Shown piece by piece: positions 13,957 through 27,454 of a stretch of DNA of 64,000 nt (the first letter of the stretch is position 1; each line of letters begins with the position of its first letter). The notes under the pieces were generated by a model, which was not told the origin of the DNA, did no database searches, and saw nothing but the letters and a program-made list of their open reading frames with translations. The translations under genes were made by a program, and so were the position numbers. The DNA is from Camelus dromedarius (Eukaryota), in contig NC_087436.1 in the NCBI RefSeq assembly GCF_036321535.1, positions 31,808,001 to 31,872,000 on the forward strand, given 5' to 3'.

Positions 13957-16900
13957 GTTGGTTACCAAGAAACAACAACAGAAACAACATCCAGAAAACT
14001 CAGTTTAGCTCAAGGAGGAAGAAATTTACCACAGAGATACCACTATATTTCAGGGACCCCAAGAACAGAAATACAGCTGAGCCTCAGGAACATCCAACAT
14101 CAGAGACACAAAGGTCACCAGGGTTCTTGCTCTGTGATGCTGTTTTCCCTCTGTATCAGCTTCATTTATTTTTCTTCTTCTCACTCTTCCTTTTTTTCTA
14201 TCTCATTTTGTCTCTCTTCCTACATTTCTCAAGGTTCAAAGTTTAACTTCTGATAACCAAGAGAAATTGATTACTTTTTTTCTTAGCTTCAATTCCAAAT
14301 TCCCAAGAAAGAACTGAGAGGCCTGTTGAGTCAGAATTCCCCAACATCAATCAGTATTATGTGGTCAGATGATGATTCTTACAAAAACCATGTGACCATA
14401 TGGTACCAAGAAGACGATTTTTATAGAAACCACGTGGGTAAAGTAGACCTGGGAGGAGAAAGGGAAAGGAACCATTTGTGTCCTTGAAATTCATGCTTCC
14501 CCTTTTCTGGAAATCCCTTTTTCTCTTATTCTGTCTCTGCTTGTTGAAATCGCACATGCCTTTGAAAGTTTAGCTTCAACATCACCTTTTCTATAAAATA
14601 TGTTAATCTCTGCCAATAGACCATGACCAGGCCTCAGAAGTTTTAGCAGCTCCTTGAAGCCTTCTGGATCCAGCCATTCAGAATTCCTCCCACTCCTCTG
14701 CAGGCTTCTGTGGTACTCTGTTGGAAGTTCCTTTATAGTATTTGTCATCTTCTGGCTTCTACTGAAGATACTTGTAAATGTTTTTCTCTTCCTCTGATGT
14801 GTTGGTTCCTTATAGACATGATTCAATATTTTGCACATACCAGTAAGACAGTACCTCATTGTCAAATATAATTCCCCATTCCTACCCTCTCAAATATCCA
14901 ATTAACAATAAGTAAAGTTTGTTCCAATTGAAATATAAGTGCATATATAATACCAACATATTTTTGCCCCCAGTATATGACCTAATTTTGATCTTTCTCC
15001 ACTCACATGATGGACTCAGATCACACCTTCTTGCATAATAAAGTGAAGACCCCTCCTCGGCCATCACACGTGTGCCTTGGTGCTTGTGTCCAGAGAAAAG
15101 ACATCCCTACTGCCAGGCTGTGAGGACTATGGGAAGGAGAGGGAAGACAGAGGTAGGAAAAGTGGGGGCTGGGCACACTGCCCAAGCCCCAGCAGGGGAG
15201 GAGTGCGGCTGGGATGTCAGGAATGGCAAGAGCAGATGAGCAGAGGGCCTTTTGCCTGTGTTAAACAGAAAAATGCTAAGGGACCACAGACAGAGCACGT
15301 TTTACATCCAAGGCAGGAAGATGAAGTTGGGGAGGGAAAATTCGGGTAGGTTTTGTCAAGTCAAGAGCCTATAAACAGTCTGCATCCCCTATTAGGAAAG
15401 CAAAGCCTTAGAGTGCTGTTGATCAGCTGGAAACCCCTGGCTAGGCAGGCTGGCCACTGACAGTGCCAGGAGCAGTGGAGGGTGGAGGCAGCAGCGCCGC
15501 GCCTGGGAGGCGCTGTGTGGAAGGTGTGCGCTGGGTGGCTGGAAGGGCAGGGTCTGGATGGGGAAGAGGAGGCCTCCAGGGAGATGCTGGGACTAAGTGG
15601 GGTTGTGGCAGCTCACCAGCAGCAGTGGATGCTAAAACCCACACGAAGGGCAGCAGGGCCAGGCACTGGGCAGGCCCCATTTTGAAGAGCAGGCCCCCCC
15701 GTGTCAATGAGGCCCCTGGCTCTGGCACTCAGGACCGGACTTCTGAGGCTCTCCTCAGGCACCTAGATGCCATGCCAGGCAAAGAGCACGAACTGGGAGT
15801 TGAATTTTGATGGAAGACACAAAATACAGTTAATGGGAAATTTAAGAGCACTCCTGCCCACAACTCAGCTAGGTAGGGGGTTCAGGCATTAGATCAGTCA
15901 TAGTAAATTTAAAATTTCAGTATTACAACCAAAAGCTAAATGTGAGACTCTCCTACCCCATATTCATCGATGTTTGGCTATATTTTTGTTTAATATCAAT
16001 AAATCATATTACTACTATATGGTGAATTTGCAGCTTTTATGTCCAGAACCCTCTGATATTTTTTACTGTACTCTTTGCTTAATAACAGCCACAATTAGTC
16101 CTGCAGGTCAGCTAGAAGTCCCTTGGACAATAAAAGAGCAAGTTAATAAAGACCATTATACCATGTGCTCAGCTTCTTTGGAGAGAGCAAGAATCACGCT
16201 GTGAATTGGTATTAAGGCCAGTGCCGCACTTATTACGTGCACAGAGCACAGTGAGATTAAGGGGGTGGGAGGCAGGGACAGACGACCCAGGCAGAAATCT
16301 GGCTCCCTGCCCCCTTCCCCCACCCTCTGGCCCTGGCAGCCAGGAGCTTATCCCGGTAGACCAGCTCAGCCATCAGGCAGGAGCAAGAGTCAGGCCCAAA
16401 CTTATACAGGCAGGGCTTGACCCATCAGCCAAAATCTCTCTTCTTTCTTCTCCACCTGCCATCCAAGTGCATCTATTTACTCAAGGTCGACTTTTGTGCA
16501 TAGGAAAATTATTCAAAAGTTACTTTGGTTTTGAAAAATTAATATTTGACTTTACAAAATCAGAACCCAGGGTGATTTTTCTGTAAGCTTGTAAGTTTAT
16601 AAAACTTTATAAATACAGGGAAATGTAAACAATCCCTCCTGAGGGGACTTTTGATTAATGTTTGATCACATTTACAAATTTACTTAACCTACTTTAAATA
16701 TTTTAACTGCCTTATAAATTTAATATAGTCATTTTTTCAAGTTCTTCATTTGTCAAACCAAAACAACAAACAAAAACAAACAAAAAACCAAAAAACATTT
16801 TCCACGTACTCAAGTGATTCATATATATCTAATAAATTAATCTTATATATACATTAATTTTAAGTTCTTTTAAATGTTTAATACTGCATTTATATTTGAA

Positions 16901-17319
16901 AAATTTCCACTTAAAATAAAAAATGTAAATCAATTACTTAGCTCCACATTTTAAATAAGCATTACACATATAATATGTTATCCTAATAGGTCATATTCTC
17001 TTAAACATTATAAATATGTAAAATACTAAATACATAGATTCCTTTACACAAAAATACTAATACAATGTGTTTGATTTTTAAAATATTTCTTTATTTAATT
17101 GTAAACTCTCCCAATGTTAAAAAAAAATGCTTATTGCTTTAAAAAAGTTTATTTTCTCATGTTCTTTTGAGTGTATCTTCTGAAGCTGGTTGATTTGCAT
17201 ATGAAATCTGGAGCCACAAATATCTAGAGGAATTTTTCTCATAACATCACTACCACAGAGTCCCTTTATATTCTAAATATGTCATAAACTCCAAAACTTA
17301 AAGAGGGAGTTGACACCAG

Positions 17320-19300
17320 CCTGCTAAATGGCCTCCAATGATTCTCCCCTCCTGTAAGTCAGTCCTCTGGGTAGACACTTCTACTCTGAATGAGGCTGGC
17401 CTGTAACCAATAGGATATTGCGGAAATGATGGAGAGTGACTTCTGAAGCTCGGTCATAAAAGACATTGCTTCTTCTACCTTGCATACTCTTGGATTGTTT
17501 GTTGTGGAGGAACAGCTACTCATGCACCCATGGAATAATCTATGTGAGTAGATTGGTAGTTGAGTCCTACCAACAGCCAGCGTTAACTTGCCATGCATGT
17601 GAATCACCCACCTAGGACACAGATCCTTCAGCCCCAGTCACCCTTCAGATAATGTAGCCCTGACCAAAACTTTGCAACTTCATAAGAGACCTCAACTGAA
17701 AACTAAGCAGCCCCACCCTTCTACGTGGTCTCTGAGGTAGCGGCGAGCCTGGAAGCCAGGCTCAGCTTCCAGACCCTGGACCCCAGAGAAGTGAGCGAAT
17801 TTCAAGCCTTTGTGAAAATATGTCAACAGGATCCCAGCATCCTGCACACCAAGGAAATGCACTTCCTGAGGGGGTGGGCAGAGAGCAAGGCGGGGAAGGT
17901 GGTGGGGGTGAAATATCACCTGCCACTCATAAACTAAATCAGAACACACCAAGGAAGGAAAAGCAGACAGTGAGAAGGCAGAGGAAAACCTGAAGACAGA
18001 CGAACCATCCGGAGAGGCAAGTGATCTGGAATTTGAAGGTGTAATTGAACCAGACGTTGATGTCCCTCAACAAATAGGAAAAGAAAATGTAGAGATAACT
18101 GAGGAGATGCTGGATCAGGCAGGTGATAAAAATGTGGCTGCCATTGGTGCCCTAAGTGATGGTGAACTACAGAAAGCCATTGACTTGTTCACATAGCCAT
18201 CAAGCTGAATCCTCACTTGGCCATTCTGTATGCCGAGAGAGCCAGTGTCTTCACCAAATTACAGAAGCCGGATGCTTCCATCCAGGACTGGGACAGAGAT
18301 ATTGAAATAAATCCTAATTCAGCTCAGCCTTACAGGTGGGGAGGGAAAGCACACAGACTTCTGGGCCATTGGGAAGAAGCAGCCCATGATCTTGCCCTTG
18401 CTTGTAAACTGGATTATGATGAAGATGGTAGTGCAATGCTGGAAGTTCAACCAAAATCCGGAAAATTGCTGAATGTCGGAGAGAGAGTATAAGTGAAACT
18501 ATGAGGAGCGAGAGATCTAAGAAAGAACAGAAAGGGTTAAGAAGGCTTTGGAAGAACAATGGAGAGCCCAGAGGGAGGCAGAAGCCTGAGACTATCTGGA
18601 TCTCAGTAGGCTGCTTTCCAGGTGGCTTTCCTGGGGCAAAGCATGGTAATTTTCCTGGAGGAATGCCTGGAATGGGAAAGGGAATGCCTGGAATGGCAGG
18701 AATGCCTGGGCTCAATGAAATTCTTAGTGACCCAGAGGTCCTTACAGCCAGGCAAGATCCAGAAGTTATGGTGGTCTTTCAGGACATGACCCAGAACCTG
18801 GCAAATATGTCGAAATATCACAGTAACCTGAATGTTTTGAATCTCATCAGTAAATTGTCGGCCAAATTTGAAGGTCAAATGTAATGTCCTTCTGACAAAT
18901 CAAGACCATGCTGAAGGAAAGGCAACATCCTCATGGATGTCCCAATAATACAAACCAGTGTACCTTTGACCTTCTCCTGAAGACAGCTGAGGTGCTTTGA
19001 AGATAATCGCTACCCCTCTGCCCCACATGCAACTGAAATATTTTATAGTGGTTTGCCTTTAGGGTATCCATTCAGATATTGTTTTCCCACTGGGAATTAA
19101 GACTTTTAACACTTTTTAAACCTTAAAAATATTAAAAACAAAACCAAAAACTAAGCAGTCCCTTCCTGCTCAAAAAATAAAACCCACTGAGTTGCTCCCA
19201 AACTCTTGGCCCACAGAAACTGAATGAGATAACAAACCTTTATATTGTTGTTACTATAAATTTGGGGGGTAATTTGTTATATAGCAATAGATATCTAATC
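17320..19300 (+). mobile_element. MaLR solo LTR (MLT1F-like) split in two (~17320-17710 and ~19147-19300) by the ST13 retrocopy
   Basis: 5' part (gtgacttctgaagctcggtcataaaagac...gatccttcagccccagtca) and 3' part (cccacagaaactg...tttgggggtaatttgttatatagcaatagata) continue one LTR across the insertion. Confidence 0.75.
17711..19146 (+). pseudogene. ST13: ST13 (Hsc70-interacting protein, Hip) processed pseudogene
   Basis: Intronless copy of 5'UTR, CDS (start codon now CTG at 17776, stop ending 18884), 3'UTR and decayed A-tail. Peptides [27 protein letters not shown] segment [30 protein letters not shown] repeats and STI1/DP segment [10 protein letters not shown] lie in several frames. Exact TSD AAAACTAAGCAG at 17699-17710 and 19147-19158. 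Confidence 0.96.
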
Positions 19301-19999
19301 AGAAGTGGTCATATTAGCCCATATCCCTAAATCCAAATCGTATCATTATCTAATTTTCAAGCCTGGTTAATTCTACTCAGGTGACTACACCATTTGCTTG
19401 GATTAAACTATTTATTGTTTCATCTCATCCTGAATTTTTGCTTCCTATTCTTTCTATCTGTTGGGTCCACAATTATAGAGAAACATTAAAGTCTATCTAA
19501 TTCTGCTTCTCATAAACCTGTTCCTTACTCTGTCACGACTTCAAGGAACTACATTGTACTGCTACTTATCACCACAGCATCCTCCCCTTGGCCAGATTGA
19601 GAGTCTATATTTGAACAATAAAAGATGAAAGCATCTTTTCTAGAAATCCACCGCTAAAATGTCCATGAAGCCTAATAAACATCCCAGACATAACGTGGCT
19701 GAAAAGGAGCTCTCAGTTTTCCTCTCTCCTAGCCTAGGATTTCCCCAGGCTTCCACAGCTCCGTCAAGGAAAGAGCCATCCTTGATTCTTCTCTTCTTTT
19801 CAATCAACTACCGTGTCCCCTTAGGCTCTGCCTGGAGAACCTATCCTGACTGTTGTTGACTTCACTTCATCTCCATAGCCCATCTCCATTCCATGTCCAT
19901 TCTTTCATCTCCATCTCCTCAGCCTGGACTAAGCCACCATCATTCACCAGGACTCTGCAAATCGCCTTCTAACTATAATCCCTGTTGCTTCTCTCTTTA

Positions 20000-20660
20000 A
20001 ACATTCACACAGGTGCTTGTGTGACACATTTTATTTCTCTTGGGTAAATGCCTAGATGTGAGATTGCTGAATCATATAGTAAGTGCCTGTTTAATTTTAC
20101 CTGAAACTACCAAACTGTTTTCCATTTTGCACTCCCAGCACCTGCTATTGTTTTTTTAAAAGCCATTCTAGTAGGTGTTTAGTAGTCCTTTTTCAATTAA
20201 GATAAAATTCATATATAGTGAAATGTACAGATCTTAGGTGTACAATTCAATGAGTATTGATAAATGCATATACTCATGTAGTCAAGATGTAGTACATTTC
20301 CATTACCCTCATAAATTCCCGAGTAACCCCCTTCCAGTCAGTCTCTACCCTCAAGAGGCAGCCACTTCTGATTACTATCACCATAGATTAGTTTTACCTT
20401 TTCTTAAACCTCTTAAGAAGATCCGTATAGTATATACTGTTTTGTGTCTGCCTGATTTTGTTCAACATAATGGTTTTGAGATTCATCCACGTTATTGCAT
20501 GCATCAGTAGTTCTTTATTTTTATTGCTGAGTGGTATTTTATTGTACAAACATATCACAATTTGTTTATCCATTCAACTTTTGAGAGACATTTGGGTTGT
20601 TTCCAGCAATTCCATTCCTAGGTATTTACCCAGGAGAAATGAAAGCATATGTCAACAAAA
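20000..20660 (-). mobile_element. Old L1M fragments (mostly antisense) inside an L2
   Basis: Antisense L1 3' motifs: ttttgagattcatccacgttattgcatg, gacatttgggttgtttccag, tctcttgggtaaatgcctag. Confidence 0.7.
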
Positions 20661-20689
20661 ATACAATAATCACCAGCTTCCTCTCTTGA

Positions 20690-21470
20690 GCCACAACCAA
20701 CCATTCTCCATGTAGCAGCTAGAGGGATCTTCTAAATAACTTACTCAAACCCCGTCACTCCTCTGCTTAATATCTTTTAGTACCTTCCCATCCCACTTAG
20801 GAGAAAATACAAACTCCCTACCATGGCTGGTGAGACCCAGACATCAACCCTGCTGCATGCAGGAATTCCCTGGGAACTTTCACTGCCTGGGCTCCACCTC
20901 AGATCAAGAGAATCAGAACCTCTGGAGGAGGGCTCCACATAGTTTTTAAAAAGCCCCCAGGACATTCCAACAGGCCTCCAGGTTTGGAAGGCCCTGCCAG
21001 AGTGACCTGACCCGTGGCTCTCTCACTTTATCTCATACCACTCTCCCCCTGGGGTGCTGTAATCCAGCCACACCGGCCTCCTTTCAGCCCTGTGAACACA
21101 GCGATTTTATCACTACCTCGGGGACTTTGTACTAGTGTTTCTTCTGCCTGGAATGTTCTTTAGATCTTAGTGTAACTGGTTCTTTCCTGTGATTCAGGTC
21201 TCAGCTGAAATGTCACCTGCTCAGAGGGGCTTTTCCTGCCCACCCAACCTAGAGGAGCCACACTATAGCATGTCACTTGTTTAAATGCTCTGTATTACTT
21301 TTATGTCTAATGGCATCATGTTCATGCATTTTTCTGTGTGTTTGTCTGTTCTCCCCACCCACCTCCCCATGACTATAAATCCCACAAGAACAGGGACCTC
21401 ACCTTAGTATTTATAATCATGCCTGGCACATAATAAAGGTTTAATAAATATTTAACATGAAAGAATACAT
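20690..21470 (+). mobile_element. L2 3' region interrupted by a MER5-like MITE (~20850-21000)
   Basis: L2: tccagccacaccggcctcct, ctgcctggaatgttctt, gcctggcacataataaag...aataaatatt. MER5: gggctccacctcaga...gaatcagaacctctgg. Confidence 0.7.
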
Positions 21471-22039
21471 GTATAAAATATACCTGGGAGGGAGGGCAGA
21501 AGTCCACACAGGGTCTTCTTTCTTTCTTGATTTACAGGCAAATGGAGAGGCTTTAGCTTGAGGGGATTAAACCCAGATACTGAAGTTCATTAGGTCCTAA
21601 AAGGCAAAGAGGTTGTTTTTGGCTTCTAGTATCTTAACTTCAGCCCTCACCGGATGCTGTGTACATTGTAGATACTCAATGAATATATTTCTATCAACAG
21701 TGAACTGACTATGATCTGCTTTGAGGGGCTAGAGGGGTTGTGGAAAAAGGTGATGGGAGGTAGAGTGTGTGGGTAGGGATTTGGGGATCATGAGAAAAGG
21801 AGACAGAAGTATATTTATGCCTTTATCCTCCCTTTAGATGCCACCAATTCAAAGCATGAAATTCAGTTTACTCTCTTCCAGCCAATTGGATTTCAAAACA
21901 TTGTCCTATTCTACAAGTAGTTTCTCTTTATAAGCAAGGTGATATGTTTAAGCAATGTTTTAAAGAAATTTAAAAAGAAAGAAAAAGGAGTGCTATAGGG
22001 AGGAAGACAGGAGGGAACAAGGAAGGATTTAGGAACACC

Positions 22040-22900
22040 TTTGTGCTACACACAGTACCAGGCATGTTCAGGTATTTGCTTACTTATCACAACCCTATGT
22101 GAAAACAGATATAATTATACTCATTTTACAGATGAGGAAACTGAATGAACCTAGAGAAAAGCAATTTCCCTTTTAAATATTCTTACCCTCAACTGTTATA
22201 AGATAGAAAAAAATATACAACATATACACATCAAATACGCAGATGGCATTAACAATGGGAATGCCATCTAATGTAAGCATGATAGATCAAAGTTTCAAAT
22301 TAATCTTGTCAGCCCAGAACACTGGACTAAAACCAAGGGTTAGATACAATGTAGTAGATAAATGAAATCCTGCAATCAGTTACACAGGCACAGAGAGACA
22401 GAGACCTAGTTTGGCTGGAGTTTGTGTGAAAACATCGTGTGGGTTAGGCTGACAGCTAGTTTCATATAAGCCAATAGTAGTTGCGAAAAATGTAAATAGG
22501 ACAACCCTTACGTACCTCATGACGTTCCTTATATGAATCGGCTTCTTTTCAGTATTTATCATTGGAAGTATTTAAAAAATTTTCTCCTGGCGTCTGTTAC
22601 TTCTGATTATCTTTTCATCTCTGAAGCAGATCCTCATTAATACTAACACTATTAACACAATACGCAATAACACAGTAGCCCTCATTTATTAAGGGTTTTA
22701 TGCCAACTACACAATTACTGTATCTAATCCTCCCTCTTAACAGCACTAATGAAATAGGTATAATTATTTTCGCCATTTTATAGATGAGAAAACTTGGGTT
22801 TAGAAAATCTAAGTGATTCTCTCAAGATCAGACCACTAATGACATTCATGGTGCCCCACTCCAGCAGTCTGAGAGCCGCATGCTCCTAACCATTCTATCT
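22040..22900 (-). mobile_element. Two MIR fragments (~22040-22170, ~22680-22900)
   Basis: cattttacagatgaggaaactga; ccattttatagatgagaaaact. Confidence 0.7.
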
Positions 22901-24929
22901 CCTGCCCCAGAGTTTCAGAGATTCCTTTTCCTTTGCTCATTCCTTAAATGTCAGTATTCCTTAGAGTCCGGTCCTCAGATCATCACCTCTCTGGTTAATC
23001 ACCAGTAGACACGGGACTCCAGCTGATGACTTCTACACTGATGAGTCCTTTGGCTGCCACCAGTGACTGCCGACCTAACAGCACTTACCCTTCCTTGCTA
23101 GTAGGTGCCCCAATAAGCTTCAAGAGGAGGATGGATCCAGCCCCAACCCTGGTTCCAGAGGATGAATCATGACTGGTTTAAACCAAACATGATGCTTCCC
23201 TGCCTCCTCTTTTCAGTGACTAGTTTAAGCACTGGAAGAGAGTCAGCTGAGGGATGTTTGAGGAAAGTTATCCTGGCTCATAAACAGAAACATTCATCAA
23301 CAGATCATCTTTTTTCTATCACTGTGTTGTGTCTGCATGTGCTGTGGAGAACTAAGGCCGCTGTCTTGGAGCCTTTGATAATTTTCAAGAATATAAAGGG
23401 CTCCTGAGACCAAAACATTTGAGAACTTCTATCCAGTTCATGCCAGTTTCATCCTTCACCAGGCTACTGAAACAGTTTCCTAGATTTTTTTTGAGCTGCT
23501 AACCTGTGTGTGGCCAACCCCAGTAAACCCATTCTCTGCTTTGCTACCAAGAAGATCTTACTAATGCCAATGAGATCCCTGCTTAATCCTTCAATGGCTC
23601 CCTGTTGCCTTCAGCTTAGCACCTAACTCCCTACTTCTCTTGTTTTATTTGCTCCTCTCCCCTCACATAGCCTTCACCCCAGCCATTCACAGGTAACTGC
23701 AATTTCCAATCAGAAATGATATTGTTGAACTTTCCTACAATGAATGGATTACACAGATGATGGAAGAGCTATGAGGTCACAGGATAGTGAGGCAAGCAGA
23801 GGGGAGCAACAATCGTAGCAAGCCACCGCCAACAGCAAGTTCTCGGACTAGTGGAATAAAAGGCAGACGTGGTGTCACCAGACCTGAAGGGTCAGGGTTA
23901 CCCAGGGAAATCTAGAACCATGGTAGACCTGTTCTGCACATGCTGGGCCCATGGAGGAGCCAAGGCACTGCCAACGGTGCCTTCCACAGCTGAGCTTCCT
24001 CATCTGCCCTTAAGTGCAAACTGTCACATCCTCTCCTTCATTCTCTGGCTAGCTAACTCCTACTTATCCTTTGAAACTCAGCTCATTTTTTACAGGAAGC
24101 TGTCTCTGAGCGCACAGTGTAATTTACCTGTTCCTCTTCTATGCTTCCAAAGCATCATTTATCAAAGTGGTCACCAGAAATCACTGCGATCACTGGTTTA
24201 TCCCCACCACTCAATAAGCTCCTTGAGGGTTGGAGTGGCCTCTCTTTTCTTTGTTTTGCTTGAGCTAAGGGTAGTGTCTGACTACAGTGTTGGGGGCTAC
24301 TGTATGCACTCACAAAATGTTTTACAAACATATTAATCAATGAATTAACTCTAAGGTAATTTGCTTTGGGGGCAGGTGAGTTTTATTTTCTGGAGCCTTG
24401 CTTTTCTTTTCTTTTTAAATGTGCTAAGATCTGTACTATTCAGGGCATTTTCCTCATGCACTAGCTTCTTCCTATAGCCCTTGAATGGAAATGCTATTTA
24501 GCTTCTTAACACCATCTCTATACTGTGGGATGTATAAAGATGCTTTCTGAAGCCCCAGCCTCATGGTCTCCTTCAAACTGTGCTTCCTGGAGTGGAGGCC
24601 TCTGTAGTTTCTTCCCTATTTGCACACTTGGAACACTTAATTTTACAAACCACCTTTCAAATAAGCCAGAAATTTTTTTCCCTGTTTTTTTAGTTTTATA
24701 CCTTTTTTGCTTCAATTTGGATAAAAATAATAGGTAATGAAGGCTTAATTATATTTTGGGAAACCCTTCTTTGCTTTTAGAAATGGCCATTAATATTAGT
24801 GCTTTGTCATGTGTTTGGGACATAGTCTGTGCACATGCACAAGTTCTAAGGAAAGCTTTTTGGAGAGTAGGAAGCTGGTGAGCATAGTATGGGGTTGAAC
24901 AAAGCATGCCAGCCAGCGGACAGTCCTTT

Positions 24930-25300
24930 TATTTTCTTAATAGCTTCATTAAGATGTGAACCACATACTGTATAATTCACCCATTTAAAGTGTACAATTC
25001 AGTGATTTTTAGTATATTCACCAATGTGTGTAACCATCACTGCAACTTTAGACCATACGTATCATCTCAAAAAGACACCCTGTACCCTTTAGCTAACATT
25101 CTCCCCACTCCCCTACCTTCCCCCAGCCCCTGTCAGCTCTAAAACTATGAATCTATTTCCTGTCTCTATAAATTTCCCTGTTGTGGACTTTCATATGAGT
25201 AGACTCATACAACATGTGGTCTTTGGGGACTGGCTTCTTTCACTTAGCATAATGTTTTCAGGGTTCAGACATGTCGTGGCCTGCATCAGGATTCCGTTCA
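24930..25300 (-). mobile_element. L1MB-type 3' end
   Basis: aattcacccatttaaagtgtacaattcagtgatttttagtatattca...gactggcttctttcacttagcataatgttttca. Confidence 0.85.
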
Positions 25301-25567
25301 TTTGGACAGTCCTTTCCAAATGCCAGAACTGGACTGGACCAGCACTATCACCAGAGCGATCAGTGTAAACTTCTTTGGTGAGAGGATTTTCATCTGCCAT
25401 GGATCCTGGCTGGTGAATCTCACTGGGAACCCGCTATACTGCCTATTTACCTAAGCAACCACTATCAGGTGGCATTGGGCCTTCTATGAAGATGAGGAAG
25501 TTAAAAATTAATCAGAATTACAGACAGAATCCCCCAACCATTGTTATGAATTTTGAGCAATAGAATT

Positions 25568-25568
<1 letters not shown>

Positions 25569-25598
<30 letters not shown>
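25569..25598 (+). repeat. (CA)n microsatellite
   Basis: Direct reading. Confidence 0.95.
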
Positions 25599-25599
<1 letters not shown>

Positions 25600-25712
25600 A
25601 ATCCACCTCAGGCTGTCTCTTCACACAGTTCTAGTGGACTCTCTACATGCATCCAGTGGGGAAGTCCAGGCTAGCGACAGGGCCAAAGCTTACGTGAGTG
25701 TTATACGAGTTC

Positions 25713-25893
25713 ACTGGTTCTCCGTGAGGTCTCTCAGAACAGCAGCATCAGTATCACCCAGGAACTTGTTAGAAATGCCGATTCTCAGGCCTCCCCCAGA
25801 CCTACTACATCAGGAACTCTAGAAGTGGGGCCCAGCAAATGTTTCAACAAACCCCCAAGTGCATGGATCCACACTTAGGCTGGAAAACCACTG
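25713..25893 (+). mobile_element. MER5A-like MITE
   Basis: cagcagcatcagtatcacccaggaacttgttagaaatgc...ccagacctact...ggggcccagcaa...aaaccactg. Confidence 0.85.
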
Positions 25894-26176
25894 ATGAGTT
25901 AACTGGTGGTAAAGGACTATCACTCCTAGTGCAGGCACACAGATTAATTACTGACTCATACCTTGCTTTGTATCAAGCATAGATACTCAATGAATGAAGA
26001 AAAACCATCGGGGTTTAAGTAGCAGATAATGATACATATGCTGAATTTCTATGCATTGATATGACAAGTAATCAATTTTATTACTCCCCAACTCCCACCT
26101 TTATTTCCTTTTGAAACAATGCTTTGGTAAAAACTTACTTTAAAAAAATCCTGATAAACTTTTTGACTTCACAAAG

Positions 26177-26573
26177 TTTATTTCCACTTCAGATTGAGAA
26201 GATCTTATAGGAAATATCTGTAGAAGATGGTATTTCTATAAATCTTGGTGCAAGAAAAATTAATTCGTAAATCCATTCACATCAGACACATGTCTCTGGA
26301 GGTTGCTTTTCTGAGGGGATGTTTTGTCAGTGTAGAGACAGTATCAGGCAGTGCATTTTTGAAGCAATTGGTAATCTGTTGCCTCTGTTGATGAAATACC
26401 CAAGAGTTCACTTTGGACACACTAGAGACTTGATCTATCCTTTGTTGTTAGGACCAAACACTTTTTAGATACTCTGAGGATAGTCATTATCTCCTTCACA
26501 AAGAGCACAGGAATGGTTTATTCTCAGCTGATCTGAATAGATTTGAGTCATGGTTAGCAGTTTCAAAATTCTG
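26177..26573 (-). pseudogene. Pseudo-exon 16 (terminal): QNFETANHDSNLFRSAENKPFLCSL*RR* plus 3'UTR and AATAAA
   Basis: Acceptor gttttag|CAG at 26573; TGA 26498-26496, TAA 26489-26487; minus-strand AATAAA at 26182-26177 (also 26105-26100, 26082-26077). Resembles the recalled GREB1 terminus [22 protein letters not shown]. Confidence 0.65.
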
Positions 26574-27454
26574 CTAAAACATGCCTTAAATACTTAGATA
26601 AAAGTATAATTCTTGATAAAAAGCAATTTTATTTGTCAGAATTCACTGTTGCATAATTCTTTTGACTTAGTAGTATTATTTCCTCAGCATCTATTTTCAT
26701 TTTGCTTTAAATACCATTAAAATTGATTTTTAAAAAGTCTTAGAAACATAGAATCCTTTCATGAGGCACATACCACACATAGCCTCACGTTGTTAATTAC
26801 CATTTCATGTATCTCTGTCTCATCCCTCAACTAGATTTACCCTCCCTCCTTAACAATTTCTTGTACATATTTGTTTGCTTTTATGATGCCTATCAGATGT
26901 CTTAACCATAGCAGACATTTGTTAAATATGTGTGTATTGATTCACAGTTTTGATAATAACTTGAAACGCCCATTCCTCTTGTCAAAAATAGAAGTTCTCT
27001 CAAATTAGGTCAGTTAAGGAGAGATAATAACAGGCCACATCACAGATATCCAAGAACATAAGCAAAGCACACCTAGGCCACGTGGGACATGGAACTGGAC
27101 ATACAGGACCCAAGGCTAGTCCTTTATTCTTGGGACCTTGGGGCTTCAGATCTATGATTCTACCTGTGTATCTCCTTCTTTTGCAAGAGTCTTCAGAAGA
27201 CCGACCTCCTTTTTATTTTGGCATCTCTATTCTCTGAAAATATGACCTTATATTTGAATTGATTTATCATGGATGTACCCAACTATATTATTTCAAAGGC
27301 CCATCAGTATCTAACTGGTTCAATTTTAGTGGCCCAATTCCAAATTCTGTAGAGACACCATCTGATTCAGGTAGAGTTCAGTTCTAGTACAATCAGCCAT
27401 GAATAGGAAATAGGAGGTATTGAGGAATCAGGTGGCATATAAAGCTGTTCTCGT

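Noticed and set aside
17725..18884. ST13-like ORFs as a functional retrogene
   Set aside because: The start codon is lost and the CDS is broken into several frames with stops.
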